Of a stretch of DNA of 64,000 nt, positions 8,843 to 20,787 are shown piece after piece. The translations under genes were made by a program, and so were the position numbers. The stretch spans positions 463,510 to 527,509 of the forward strand of contig NZ_JBLXFX010000001.1 of assembly GCF_048261495.1 (NCBI RefSeq). The letters are read 5' to 3'. How positions within the stretch are numbered: position 1 is the stretch's first letter; each line of letters opens with the position of its first letter. Under the pieces are notes generated by a model. It saw only the letters and a program-made list of their open reading frames with translations, had not been told where the DNA came from and searched no databases. This DNA comes from Salipiger sp. (GTDB taxonomy: Bacteria; Pseudomonadota; Alphaproteobacteria; Rhodobacterales; Rhodobacteraceae).

Positions 8843-10462
8843 TTGGCTTTGCAACAGATCTCGACAATCTGGAATGCGTTGAGCGCGCAGAAACGCGTGA
8901 TCGTCCTGGCGGCTACGGTGGCGATGATCCTCGGCATTCTTGCCATGTCCAGGATGGCGTCGTCGCCGTCGATGGCCCTGCTCTATGCCGGGCTCGAAAA
9001 CGGGGCGGCGGGCGAAGTCGTCGAGGCGCTCGAAAAGCGGGGCGTGCAGTACGAGGTGCGCGGCGGGGCGATTTTCGTCCCGATGGCGCAGCGCGACACC
9101 CTGCGGATGACCCTCGCGAGCGAGGGGCTGCCGGCCAATTCCAACAAGGGGTACGAGCTGCTCGACGGTCTTTCGGGATTCGGCACCACGTCCCAGATGT
9201 TCGACGCGGCCTATTGGCGGGCGAAGGAGGGCGAGCTGGCGCGCACCATCGTCGCGAATCCCCTGATCGCCACGGCGCGGGTGCATATCGCGAATTCGAC
9301 GGCGAATCCCTTCCAGCGCGACGTGACGCCCTCGGCGTCGATCTCGGTCTCGACGACGGGAGAGGTGCTGTCCGCCGCGCAGGCGCGGGCGCTGAAATAC
9401 CTCGTCGCCTCCGCGGTTCCGGGATTGGTCGCGGAAAATGTCGCGGTGATCGACGGCAAGGGCGGGTTGATCGGGTCGGAGGATGAAACCGGCTCCGGCC
9501 AGACCGCGGATGACAAGGCCTCCGCGCTTCGGGATCGCGTGCAGCGGCTGGTCGAGGCCAGGGTCGGGCTGGGCAACGCGGTGGTCGAAGTCAGCGTCGA
9601 CACCGTCACCGAGAGCGAGTCGATCCGCGAGCATCGCTTCGATCCGGAAAGCCGGGTGGTCATCTCGACCGATACCGAGGAGCAATCCAGCACGTCCCAG
9701 GACAGCGGCGGCGGCAATGTCACGGTCGCGTCCAACCTGCCCGACGGTCAGGGCGGCGGCAGCGACAGTTCCTCCAGCCAGAACAGCGAGACGCGGGAGC
9801 GTGTCAATTACGAGGTGTCCGAAACCACGCGCGAGGTGACCCGGTCCCCCGGTGCGATCAAGCGGCTGACGGTGGCGGTGCTGGTCAACGGCACCTACCA
9901 GACCGCGGCCGACGGGGTGCAGACCTTCGTTCCGCTGCCGGAGGTCGAACTCGGAGCGCTGCGGGATCTCGTCGCCTCGGCCGTCGGCTTCGAGGAGGCG
10001 CGCGGGGACGACATCACGATCCGCTCGCTGCCCTTCGAACGGCAGGAGGGGCTCGGTTCGGGACCGGTCGAACCCGGCTGGTTCGCCATGACCCTGGACC
10101 CGATGTCTCTGTTACAGATGGCGGTCCTGGCGCTGGTGACGCTGATCCTCGGTCTCTTCGTGGTGCGACCCATCCTGTCCGGTTCGTCCAAGCGCGCGCT
10201 TGCCGCTCCGGACGGCACGCTTGCCCTTGCCGGAGGGGGCGCCACCGGCGAGGTCCTCGACGGCGAGATCGACACGGGCGATTTCGCCGAGCTTCCGGCG
10301 CTCGCGGGCGGCGGAGATTTCGGCGGAATGGGCATGGTGGATTTCGAATCCCCGGTCTCCGAGGATCCGGTCGACAGGCTTCGCAACCTCATAGAAGAGC
10401 GCAAGACCGAGACGGTCGAGATCCTGCGCAGCTGGCTTGACGAAACCGAGGACGCGCGATGA
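8843..10462 (+). CDS. fliF: flagellar M-ring protein FliF
   Basis: 539-aa ORF with the N-terminal TM and ...LYAGLENGAAGEVVEALEKRGVQYE...RMTLASEGLP... FliF signature, plus a second TM near the C-terminus. TTG start at 8843, or TTG 8849 placed 6 nt after GGAGG. Confidence 0.93.
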   Translation: MALQQISTIWNALSAQKRVIVLAATVAMILGILAMSRMASSPSMALLYAGLENGAAGEVVEALEKRGVQYEVRGGAIFVPMAQRDTLRMTLASEGLPANSNKGYELLDGLSGFGTTSQMFDAAYWRAKEGELARTIVANPLIATARVHIANSTANPFQRDVTPSASISVSTTGEVLSAAQARALKYLVASAVPGLVAENVAVIDGKGGLIGSEDETGSGQTADDKASALRDRVQRLVEARVGLGNAVVEVSVDTVTESESIREHRFDPESRVVISTDTEEQSSTSQDSGGGNVTVASNLPDGQGGGSDSSSSQNSETRERVNYEVSETTREVTRSPGAIKRLTVAVLVNGTYQTAADGVQTFVPLPEVELGALRDLVASAVGFEEARGDDITIRSLPFERQEGLGSGPVEPGWFAMTLDPMSLLQMAVLALVTLILGLFVVRPILSGSSKRALAAPDGTLALAGGGATGEVLDGEIDTGDFAELPALAGGGDFGGMGMVDFESPVSEDPVDRLRNLIEERKTETVEILRSWLDETEDAR

Positions 10463-11061
10463 CCCGGCTCGGCGACTTCCTCGAAGATTTCGGCGTCGCG
10501 CGCCCGGCGGCGGACCAGGGTCCGGTGATCGACGAGGCGGAGATGGAAACCGCGCGTCTCGAATCCTTCGAAACCGGCTATCGCGCCGGATGGGACGATG
10601 CGATCAAAGCCCAGAACGACGATCATTCCCGCATTGCCAGCGATTTCGCGCAAAACCTGCAGGACCTGTCTTTCACCTATCACGAGGCCTACGGCCAGGT
10701 GCTGTCGGGCATCACTCCCTTGCTGGAGGAAATCACCCGCGTCCTGATGCCGGCCGCGCTGCGCGAAACGCTGGGTCTGCACATCCACGAACAACTGAGC
10801 GCGATGGCCCAGGAGATCGGGGCGATGGAGGTGGTTCTGGCCGTGTCCACCGGAAGCGGCGCCTCGATTGCGCCGATGCTGGACGCGGAATTCGGCTTCC
10901 CGCTCAGGCTGGTGGAAGACGACACGCTGGCCGAGGGCCAGGCGGACATCCGGTTTGCGGAGATCGAACGACAGATCGATCTGAGCGGCCTTCTCGAAGA
11001 CCTCACGCAAGCCGTTCAGGGCTTCGTTCATGACAAGCGGAGAAAGACAGCACATGGATGA
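10459..11061 (+). CDS. fliH: FliH-like flagellar assembly protein
   Basis: ATGA overlap with the fliF stop. Contains the ...FETGYRAGWDDAI... motif typical of the FliH family. Position between fliF and fliN. Confidence 0.6.
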   Translation: MTRLGDFLEDFGVARPAADQGPVIDEAEMETARLESFETGYRAGWDDAIKAQNDDHSRIASDFAQNLQDLSFTYHEAYGQVLSGITPLLEEITRVLMPAALRETLGLHIHEQLSAMAQEIGAMEVVLAVSTGSGASIAPMLDAEFGFPLRLVEDDTLAEGQADIRFAEIERQIDLSGLLEDLTQAVQGFVHDKRRKTAHG

Positions 11062-11344
11062 TCATACGGAAACTGCCCGTGAAAGCGCCCCGATCACGCC
11101 GTTCACCTCCGTCCCTATCGAGATCATGGTCTCGGTCGGGCGGGCGCGGCCGCTCGTGCGCGACCTGCTGAAACTGGGGGAGGGCTCGGTTCTGACCCTC
11201 GACAAGAAACTCGAGGATCCGGTCGAGCTCTATGTCGGCGATCGACTGATCGGCATGGGCGCACTGGAGGTGGTGGAAGGCGGTGACAGCGGCCAGCTCG
11301 CCGTTCGCGTGACCGAGGTTGTCGACCTGCAGAGCCCGTCCTGA
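11030..11344 (+). CDS. fliN: flagellar motor switch protein FliN
   Basis: C-terminal SpoA/FliN domain IEIMVSVGRARPLVRDLLKLGEGSVLTLDKKLEDPVELYVGDRLIGMGALEVV. Alternative start ATG 11054 overlaps the fliH stop by 8 nt. Confidence 0.85.
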   Translation: MTSGERQHMDDHTETARESAPITPFTSVPIEIMVSVGRARPLVRDLLKLGEGSVLTLDKKLEDPVELYVGDRLIGMGALEVVEGGDSGQLAVRVTEVVDLQSPS

Positions 11345-11348
11345 CATC

Positions 11349-12104
11349 ATGACCCGTATCACGCAGGTCGGCGCAGGCGCCGGGATCGCCGCGTTCGTAT
11401 TCGTCGTCGCGACGGCCCTGCCGGGAGAGGCCCTTGCGCAGGGTGTCTCCATCGACCTCGGCGAGGGTGGCTCCGTCACGGCGACAAGCCTGCAGCTCAT
11501 CGCGCTGATCACCCTGCTGAGCCTGGCGCCGGGCATTGCCATCATGGTGACCTGCTTTCCCTTCCTCGTCACCGTCCTGTCGATCCTGCGGCAGGCGATC
11601 GGGTTGCAGCAGTCGCCGCCGAACATGCTCATCGTCAGCCTGGCGCTGTTCCTGACTTATTTCGTGATGGAGCCGACCTTCAGCGCGGCCTGGGAAAACG
11701 GGCTGCAACCGATGCTGGAAGAGCAGATCGACGCCGAGGAGGCGATTCCGAGAACCCTTGCGCCGTTCCGCGTCTTCATGGCCGGGCGGACGGATCCTAA
11801 GACCTTCGGCGCCATGGCGGACCTGCGCCCCGATGCGGCCGGGGCGACGCTGGACCCGGATGCGGACCTGTCCGTCCTCATCCCCAGCTTCATGCTGTCC
11901 GAAATTTCGCGCGCGTTTCAGGTCGGCTTCCTGATCTTCCTGCCGTTCCTGATCATCGACCTCGTGGTCGCCGCCGTGCTGATGTCGATGGGCATGATGA
12001 TGGTGCCCCCCGCCATCGTCTCGTTGCCGTTCAAACTGGCATTCTTCGTCATCGCGGACGGATGGTCGCTGATCGCGGGGGCCCTCGTCAGGAGTTATTT
12101 CTGA
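11349..12104 (+). CDS. fliP: flagellar export apparatus protein FliP
   Basis: Signal peptide plus the conserved LIALITLLSLAPGIAIMVTCFPFLVTVLSILRQAIGLQQSPPN block. ATG 11349 lies inside ORF 11319..12104. Confidence 0.93.
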   Translation: MTRITQVGAGAGIAAFVFVVATALPGEALAQGVSIDLGEGGSVTATSLQLIALITLLSLAPGIAIMVTCFPFLVTVLSILRQAIGLQQSPPNMLIVSLALFLTYFVMEPTFSAAWENGLQPMLEEQIDAEEAIPRTLAPFRVFMAGRTDPKTFGAMADLRPDAAGATLDPDADLSVLIPSFMLSEISRAFQVGFLIFLPFLIIDLVVAAVLMSMGMMMVPPAIVSLPFKLAFFVIADGWSLIAGALVRSYF

Positions 12105-12183
12105 CGGCCTTCCGGATCGGACCCACACGGGGCAGAGGGCCGGATGCCATCGGTCCCGGCGGCGATCCCGCGGTCATGCGGGG

Positions 12184-13113
12184 TCAGCGGTCGGAATGAT
12201 CCGGCGCCACGTCTTCGTGCAGGTGACGCTCGCCGCGGGCTTCGGCGAGGCGGATCTGCTTCTGCCTTTCGCGGAACCGGGCCTTGTCCTCCTCGCCGGT
12301 CTCCTCGGCGCATTGGTGGCAGGAGACGCCGTGCTCGTACTCCGGGCGGTCCCTGTCCGCGGGCAGGATCGGGCGGCGGCAGGCATGGCAGAGCAGATGC
12401 GGACCTTCGCGCAGGCCGTGTTCCACCGAGACCCGGCCATCGAACACGAAACAGGAACCGTGCCAGGCGCTGTCTTCCTCCGGCACCTCTTCAAGGTATT
12501 TCAGGATGCCGCCCCTGAGGTGGTAGACCTCGGGCACGCCCTGGCCGAGCAGCCAGTTGGTCGATTTCTCGCAGCGGATGCCGCCGGTGCAGAACATCGC
12601 GATCCGCTTGTTGTGGAACTGCTCCTTGTTCGCCTCCCACCAGGCCGGAAAGTCCCGGAAGGCGGTGGTTTTCGGGTCGACCGCGCCATCGAAACTGCCG
12701 ATGGCGACCTCGTAATCGTTGCGCGTGTCGATCACCGCGACATCCGGCGCACGGATGAGGTCATTCCACTCGGCGGGTTCGACATAATGGCCGACCCGGG
12801 CAAGAGGGTCGACATCGGGCTGGCCCATGGTGACGATCTCGCGCTTGAGGCGGACCTTCATCCGGGCAAATGGCCGGTCGAGCGCGGTGGAGAGTTTCCA
12901 CTCCAGCGACTCGCATCCCGGAAGCGCCCGCACATGCGCGAGCACGGCTTCGACCGCCTCGGCCGATCCGGCGATCGTGCCGTTGATGCCTTCCGCCGCC
13001 ACCAGCAGCGTCCCCGTCACGCCGCGCGACCGGCAGAGATCGCGCAGGGGACCGATGAGGGCTTCCGGGTCGTCGAACCGGGTGAAATGGTAGAGTGCGC
13101 AGACCGTGAACAT
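12184..13113 (-). CDS. trhO: rhodanese-domain tRNA uridine(34) hydroxylase (UPF0176/TrhO family)
   Basis: C-terminal 309 codons of the 904-aa ORF 12184..14898, starting at MFTVCALYHFTRF.... Rhodanese active-site loop CTGGIRCEK and a Cys-rich tail. The rest of the long ORF is antisense to the symporter gene. Confidence 0.85.
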   Translation of the reverse strand: MFTVCALYHFTRFDDPEALIGPLRDLCRSRGVTGTLLVAAEGINGTIAGSAEAVEAVLAHVRALPGCESLEWKLSTALDRPFARMKVRLKREIVTMGQPDVDPLARVGHYVEPAEWNDLIRAPDVAVIDTRNDYEVAIGSFDGAVDPKTTAFRDFPAWWEANKEQFHNKRIAMFCTGGIRCEKSTNWLLGQGVPEVYHLRGGILKYLEEVPEEDSAWHGSCFVFDGRVSVEHGLREGPHLLCHACRRPILPADRDRPEYEHGVSCHQCAEETGEEDKARFRERQKQIRLAEARGERHLHEDVAPDHSDR

Positions 13114-13344
13114 GGCCGCAGATGTAGGTCGCCGCCTTGCCCGTTGGCAAGATCGAAGAGGCCCGGAGTCCGCCCTGCGACCTGCCGAAATCGCGAGCGG
13201 TCGGCCGCCCTCTGCCGGAAATGACACCCATCGGGGCGTTTTTGACTGCCCTTTCGCCCCGTGTCGTCCTAGCCTCCCCCGGACGAGGGAAGCCTTTCCG
13301 CCTGCCGGAAAGGGCAACGACAAAAATGAAACGGGACTCGGCGA

Positions 13345-14790
13345 ATGGGATTTCTGGACTCCATATTCAATGTCATCAATGACCTGACCTGGGGATGGGC
13401 GCTTGTGCCCTTCCTCGTGGTGTTGGGCGTATTCTTCACGATTGCCAGCGGGTTCGTGCAATTCCGGTTCTTCCGGCGCATGTTCAACGTCCTCACCGCA
13501 AGCAGCGAGACCGACGATCCGACCAAGATCAGCGCCCGCGAGGCCCTGCTCGTGTCGGTCGGCGGGCGCGTCGGGGGCGGCAATATCGCGGGTGTGGCCG
13601 TGGCCATCACCGCGGGCGGTCCCGGAGCGGTCTTCTGGATGTGGGCGATCGCGCTGGTCGGCATGTGCTCGGCCCTGATCGAGGCAACTCTGGCGCAGGC
13701 CTACAAGCGCACCTCGCCCGAGGGCGACTATCGCGGCGGTCCGGCGCGCGCGATCATCCACGGGCTCGGCGAGAATTACCGCTGGCTGGCCGTGATCTAT
13801 TCGGTCTGCCTGATCGCCTCCTTCGCCATCGGCTTCAACGCCTTCCAGGGCAATACCGTGGCCGGTGCCGCGCAGGACAGCATGGGCATTCCGCGCATCG
13901 CGACCGGCGCGGTCCTCGCGGTGCTGACGGGTCTCATCGTCTACGGCGGCATTCATCGCATCGCCAAGGCGGCGGATGTCATCATTCCCGTCATGGCCAT
14001 CGGCTACATCGGCATGGCGCTGCTGATCATCCTGCTCAACATCACCAGCCTGCCGGGGGTGATCTGGGACATCGTCGCAAATGCGCTCGGGTTCCGCGAG
14101 GCTGTTGCGGGCGGCATGGGTGCGGCCATCGCTCAGGGCCTGCGGCGGGGTCTGTTCTCGAACGAGGCCGGGCTCGGCTCGGCGCCCAACGTCGCGGCCA
14201 CGGCCTACAACCTGCATCCGGTGAGCCAGGGCATCACGCAGAGCTTTTCGGTCTTCATCGACACGATCATCATCTGCTCCTGCACTGCCTTCGTCATCCT
14301 TCTGGGCGATGTCTACGTTCCGGGGGCCGAGGGCGTCGACGGCGTGTCCCTGACCCAGCAGAGCATGGTGTCGCACGTGGGTGGTTGGGCGCAGTACTTC
14401 CTGACCTTCGCCATCCTGTTGTTTTCGTTCAGTTCCATCATGTACAACTACTACCTTGGGGAAAATGCGCTCAGCTTCATGACGGAGAAGCCGATGGCGC
14501 TGCACATCCTGCGCATCGTCATCATCGGGATCGTCTTCCTCGGGGCGACGGCGCCGGCCGCGACCGCGGTCTTCTCGTTCTCGGATCCGATGATGGGCAT
14601 TCTGGCGGTGGTGAACCTGCTGGCCCTGATGATGCTGTTCCCGATTGCGCTGCGCCTGATCAAGGACTTCCGCGACCAGGTTTCGGCGGGTGTGGCGAAG
14701 CCGGTGTTCGACCCGGCGAAGTTCCCCGATCTCGACGTGGACGTGACCGCCTGGCCGGACGCGCCTTCGGCGGCCAGGGCAGCCGGCTGA
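13345..14790 (+). CDS. alanine/glycine:cation symporter (AGCS family)
   Basis: 481-aa polytopic ORF with AGCS hallmarks (...GGRVGGGNIAGVAVAITAGGPGAVFWMW..., ...RGLFSNEAGLGSAP...). Confidence 0.92.
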   Translation: MGFLDSIFNVINDLTWGWALVPFLVVLGVFFTIASGFVQFRFFRRMFNVLTASSETDDPTKISAREALLVSVGGRVGGGNIAGVAVAITAGGPGAVFWMWAIALVGMCSALIEATLAQAYKRTSPEGDYRGGPARAIIHGLGENYRWLAVIYSVCLIASFAIGFNAFQGNTVAGAAQDSMGIPRIATGAVLAVLTGLIVYGGIHRIAKAADVIIPVMAIGYIGMALLIILLNITSLPGVIWDIVANALGFREAVAGGMGAAIAQGLRRGLFSNEAGLGSAPNVAATAYNLHPVSQGITQSFSVFIDTIIICSCTAFVILLGDVYVPGAEGVDGVSLTQQSMVSHVGGWAQYFLTFAILLFSFSSIMYNYYLGENALSFMTEKPMALHILRIVIIGIVFLGATAPAATAVFSFSDPMMGILAVVNLLALMMLFPIALRLIKDFRDQVSAGVAKPVFDPAKFPDLDVDVTAWPDAPSAARAAG

Positions 14791-14804
14791 TCGCCGGATG
14801 AACC

Positions 14805-14838
14805 GGCGGGGCGGGCGTCCGGAGAGGCCCGCCCCGCC
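14805..14838 (+). terminator. perfect 12-bp GC hairpin downstream of the symporter gene (possible terminator, no U-tract)
   Basis: GGCGGGGCGGGC-N10-GCCCGCCCCGCC begins 15 nt after the stop at 14790. It is followed by GCATTGACC, so it is not a canonical intrinsic terminator. Confidence 0.35.
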
Positions 14839-14897
14839 GCATTGACCTTCCCGGCGGGGGCGGTCAGGATTCCGGCCACAAGCAGGGAGATCCGGCA

Positions 14898-15491
14898 ATG
14901 CGCGCGCTCATCGTCATAGACATCCAGAACGATTTCTGTCCCGGTGGAGCGCTGGCCGTGACCGGGGGGGATGCCATCGTGGCGCAGGTCAACGACATGA
15001 TGGCGCAGTTCGATGCGGTTGTGCTCACTCAGGACTGGCATCCGGCGGGGCATTCCTCCTTTGCCTCCTCCCATCCCGGCAAGGCGCCCTTCGGGACCAC
15101 CGAGATGCCGTACGGAACCCAAGTGCTCTGGCCAGATCACTGCGTCATCGGAACCGACGGGGCCGCCTTTCATCCGGCGCTGAACGGCGACCGCGCGGAT
15201 CTGGTCCTGCGCAAGGGGTTCCGGCCGGGGATCGACAGTTACTCAGCATTCTTCGAAAATGATCGCAAGACTCCGACGGGGCTGGAGGGCTACCTGCGAA
15301 CGCGCGGGATCGAGGATCTGACGCTGGTCGGGCTGGCGACCGATTTTTGCGTGAATTACTCGGCGGTTGACGCGGCGACGCTCGGGTTTCGCGTGACCGT
15401 GGCGCAGGAAGCCTGCCGCGCGATCGACTTGGACGGATCGCTCTCTGCGGCTCTGGACGGGATGCGCGCCGCAGGGGTGACGCTCGCCTGA
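14898..15491 (+). CDS. pncA: nicotinamidase/pyrazinamidase PncA
   Basis: Isochorismatase-fold motifs LIVIDIQNDFCPGGALAV, QDWHPAGHSSF and GLATDFCV (catalytic Cys). Confidence 0.9.
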   Translation: MRALIVIDIQNDFCPGGALAVTGGDAIVAQVNDMMAQFDAVVLTQDWHPAGHSSFASSHPGKAPFGTTEMPYGTQVLWPDHCVIGTDGAAFHPALNGDRADLVLRKGFRPGIDSYSAFFENDRKTPTGLEGYLRTRGIEDLTLVGLATDFCVNYSAVDAATLGFRVTVAQEACRAIDLDGSLSAALDGMRAAGVTLA

Positions 15492-15561
15492 AGGCGGTTG
15501 CGGATTTATTAACCCGAATGGGCCAAGAAAGTCCTGAACCAGGACCGGGAAAGCCCGCCAG

Positions 15562-17910
<2,349 letters not shown>

Positions 17911-19223
17911 TCGACACCGACTTCTACAAGCTCCTGATGTGCCAGTCGGTGTTCCACAACCGCTCCCGCGTTCAGGTCACCTTCAGCCTGATCAACCGGT
18001 CCCGGCACGTGCCGTTGGCCACCCTGATCGACGAGGGCGAGTTGCGCGAACAGCTCGACCACATCCGGTCGTTGTCGCTGACCCGCGGCGAGAGCACCTG
18101 GCTGCGCGGCAACACCTTCTACGGCAAGCGCCAGATGTTCCGCCCGGATTTCATGGAGTGGTTCGAGGGGCTGCGGCTTCCGCCGTACTTTCTGGAGCGC
18201 GTGGGCGATCAGTACGAGCTGACCTTCGAAGGGTCCTGGCCCGAGGTCATGCTCTGGGAAATCCCGGCGCTCGCGGTGTTGATGGAGCTGCGCGGCCGTG
18301 CCGTCCTGCACGACATGGCGCGTTTCGAACTTCAGGTTCTCTATGCCCGCGCCATGACGAAGCTCTGGCAGAAGATCGAACGCTTGCGCGAGGTGCCCGG
18401 CCTCAGGATCGCGGATTTCGGAACCCGCCGGCGTCACAGCTTTCTCTGGCAGGACTGGTGCGTGCAGGCGATGACCGAGGGGCTCGGCTCAGCGTTCACC
18501 GGGACGTCGAACTGCCTGATCGCGAAGAACCGCGACCTCGAGGCGATCGGCACCAATGCCCACGAACTGCCCATGGTCTATGCCGCGCTCGCCAAGGATG
18601 ATGCCGCGCTGGCCGCCGCGCCCTACGACGTTCTGGCCGATTGGCACCGCGAGCACGAGGGCAACCTGCGCATCATCCTTCCCGACACCTACGGCACCGA
18701 AGGGTTCCTGCAGCGCGCGCCGGACTGGCTGGCGGGCTGGACCGGCATCCGGATCGACAGCGGCGATCCCGAGACGGGGGCGGAGATCGCGATCCGCTGG
18801 TGGCAGGAGCGGGGAGAGGATCCGCGTCAGAAGCTTGTGATCTTCTCGGACGGGCTGGACGTGGACAAGATCGTCGATCTGCACGCCAAATTCTCCGGTC
18901 GGGTGCGTGTGTCCTTCGGCTGGGGGACGCTGCTCACCAACGATTTCCGCGGCCTCGCGCCCGACGACCGGCTGGCCCCGTTCAGCCTGGTCTGCAAGGC
19001 GGTCAGCGCGAACGGTCACCCCACGGTCAAGCTGTCGGACAATCCGAACAAGGCGATGGGCCCGGCCGAGGAGCTTGCCCGTTACAAGCGCGTTTTCGAC
19101 GTGGGTGCCCAGGAAGCGCGCGAAGTGATCGTCTGAGCGCGCGGCACCCCGGCGCGGGCGGTTGCGGCCGCGCCATCCGGTGCTAGGTGCTGGGACGACC
19201 GCATTTCAGAGGATTCAGGACCC

Positions 19224-20645
19224 ATGGCGCAGGATCACCCCGTTTACGGCCGTATCGACGGCCCCGTCGTGATGATCGGCTTCGGCTCCATCGGCAAGGG
19301 AACCTGGCCGCTGATCGAGCGGCATTTCGAATACGACGCGGACCAGTTCGTCGTCATCGAACCCGACGCCCGCCAGGCGAACTTCCTGCGCCAGCACAAG
19401 ATCCGGCATCTTCAGATCGCGCTCAAGCCCGAGAACCATCGCGAGGTGCTGGGAGAGCTGTTTCGCGGGGGCAAGGGGTTTTGCGTGAACCTGTCGGTGG
19501 ACACGTCCTCGCTCGACCTCATGCGGGTCTGCCGCGAGCTTGGCGTGCTTTACATCGACACCGTGGTCGAGCCCTGGGCGGGGTTCTATTTCGACACCCG
19601 AGACAACGCGGCGCGCACCAATTATGCGCTGCGCGAGTCCGTCCGCGCGGAAAAGCTCGCGCAGCCGGGCGGGCCGACGGCGGTCAGCTGCTGCGGCGCC
19701 AATCCCGGCATGGTCAGCTGGTTCGTGAAGGAGGCGCTGATGACGCTCGCCCGCGATACCGGGCGCGAGCAGGCGCCGCCGACGGATCGCGCCGGCTGGG
19801 CACGCCTCATGCAGTCGCTCGGGGTCAAGGGCGTTCACATCGCCGAGCGCGACACGCAGGCCCGGCGAAAGCCGAGGCCGCGCGGCGTGTTCGTCAACAC
19901 CTGGTCGGTGGAGGGGTTCATCTCGGAAGGGTTCCAGCCCGCCGAACTCGGCTGGGGCACGCACGAAACCTGGTTCCCCGACAACGGCCACCGGCACGAC
20001 ACCGGCTGCAAGGCGGGAATCTGGCTCGACCGGCCGGGGGCGATCACCCGCGTCCACACATGGTGCCCGACGCCGGGTCCGCAGTTCGGTTTTCTCGTGA
20101 CGCACAACGAGGCGATCTCGATCGCGGATTACTACACGGTGGGCGAGGCGGATGCGCCGGCGTTCAGGCCCACGTGTCACTATGCCTATCATCCGTCGGA
20201 CGATGCGGTGCTGTCGCTTCACGAGATGTTCGGGTCGGGGCGCCAGCAGACGAGTCATCACATTCTCGACGTCGACGAGATCGTGGAGGGGATCGACGAG
20301 TTGGGCGTGCTGCTCTACGGCCACGAGAAGAACGCGCTCTGGTACGGCTCCCGCCTGTCGAACGAGGAAGCGAAGGAGCTTGCGCCCTTCCAGAACGCCA
20401 CCGGGCTGCAGGTGACGAGCGCGGTGCTGGCCGGGATGGTCTGGGCGCTCGAGAACCCGGAGGCCGGGATCGTCGAAACCGACGAGATGGACCATGCCCG
20501 CTGCCTCCACGTACAGCGGCCCTACCTCGGGCCGGTCGAAGCGCATTACACCGACTGGACGCCGCTTCAGGACCGGTGGGAGCATTTCCCGGAAGACATC
20601 GACGAGAGCGATCCCTGGCAGTTCCGCAATGTCCTCGCCACCTGA
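19224..20645 (+). CDS. hss: homospermidine synthase
   Basis: 473-aa ORF. Rossmann N-terminus VVMIGFGSIGKG and conserved blocks ...LYIDTVVEPWAGFY..., ...SCCGANPGMVSWFVK..., ...FLVTHNEAISIADY..., as I recall them from bacterial Hss. Confidence 0.85.
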   Translation: MAQDHPVYGRIDGPVVMIGFGSIGKGTWPLIERHFEYDADQFVVIEPDARQANFLRQHKIRHLQIALKPENHREVLGELFRGGKGFCVNLSVDTSSLDLMRVCRELGVLYIDTVVEPWAGFYFDTRDNAARTNYALRESVRAEKLAQPGGPTAVSCCGANPGMVSWFVKEALMTLARDTGREQAPPTDRAGWARLMQSLGVKGVHIAERDTQARRKPRPRGVFVNTWSVEGFISEGFQPAELGWGTHETWFPDNGHRHDTGCKAGIWLDRPGAITRVHTWCPTPGPQFGFLVTHNEAISIADYYTVGEADAPAFRPTCHYAYHPSDDAVLSLHEMFGSGRQQTSHHILDVDEIVEGIDELGVLLYGHEKNALWYGSRLSNEEAKELAPFQNATGLQVTSAVLAGMVWALENPEAGIVETDEMDHARCLHVQRPYLGPVEAHYTDWTPLQDRWEHFPEDIDESDPWQFRNVLAT

Positions 20646-20787
20646 GGGCCGCGATTTGCCGTCGAAGGATCGTCTCCCGCGGGAGGCGTGGTGCTGCGTC
20701 CATTTGGTGCTGCCATCAGACATGCCGAGGCTGGCATACCTTCGCCAGCCACGATAGAACATCGCGGAGCATTTCGGGGGATACGTC

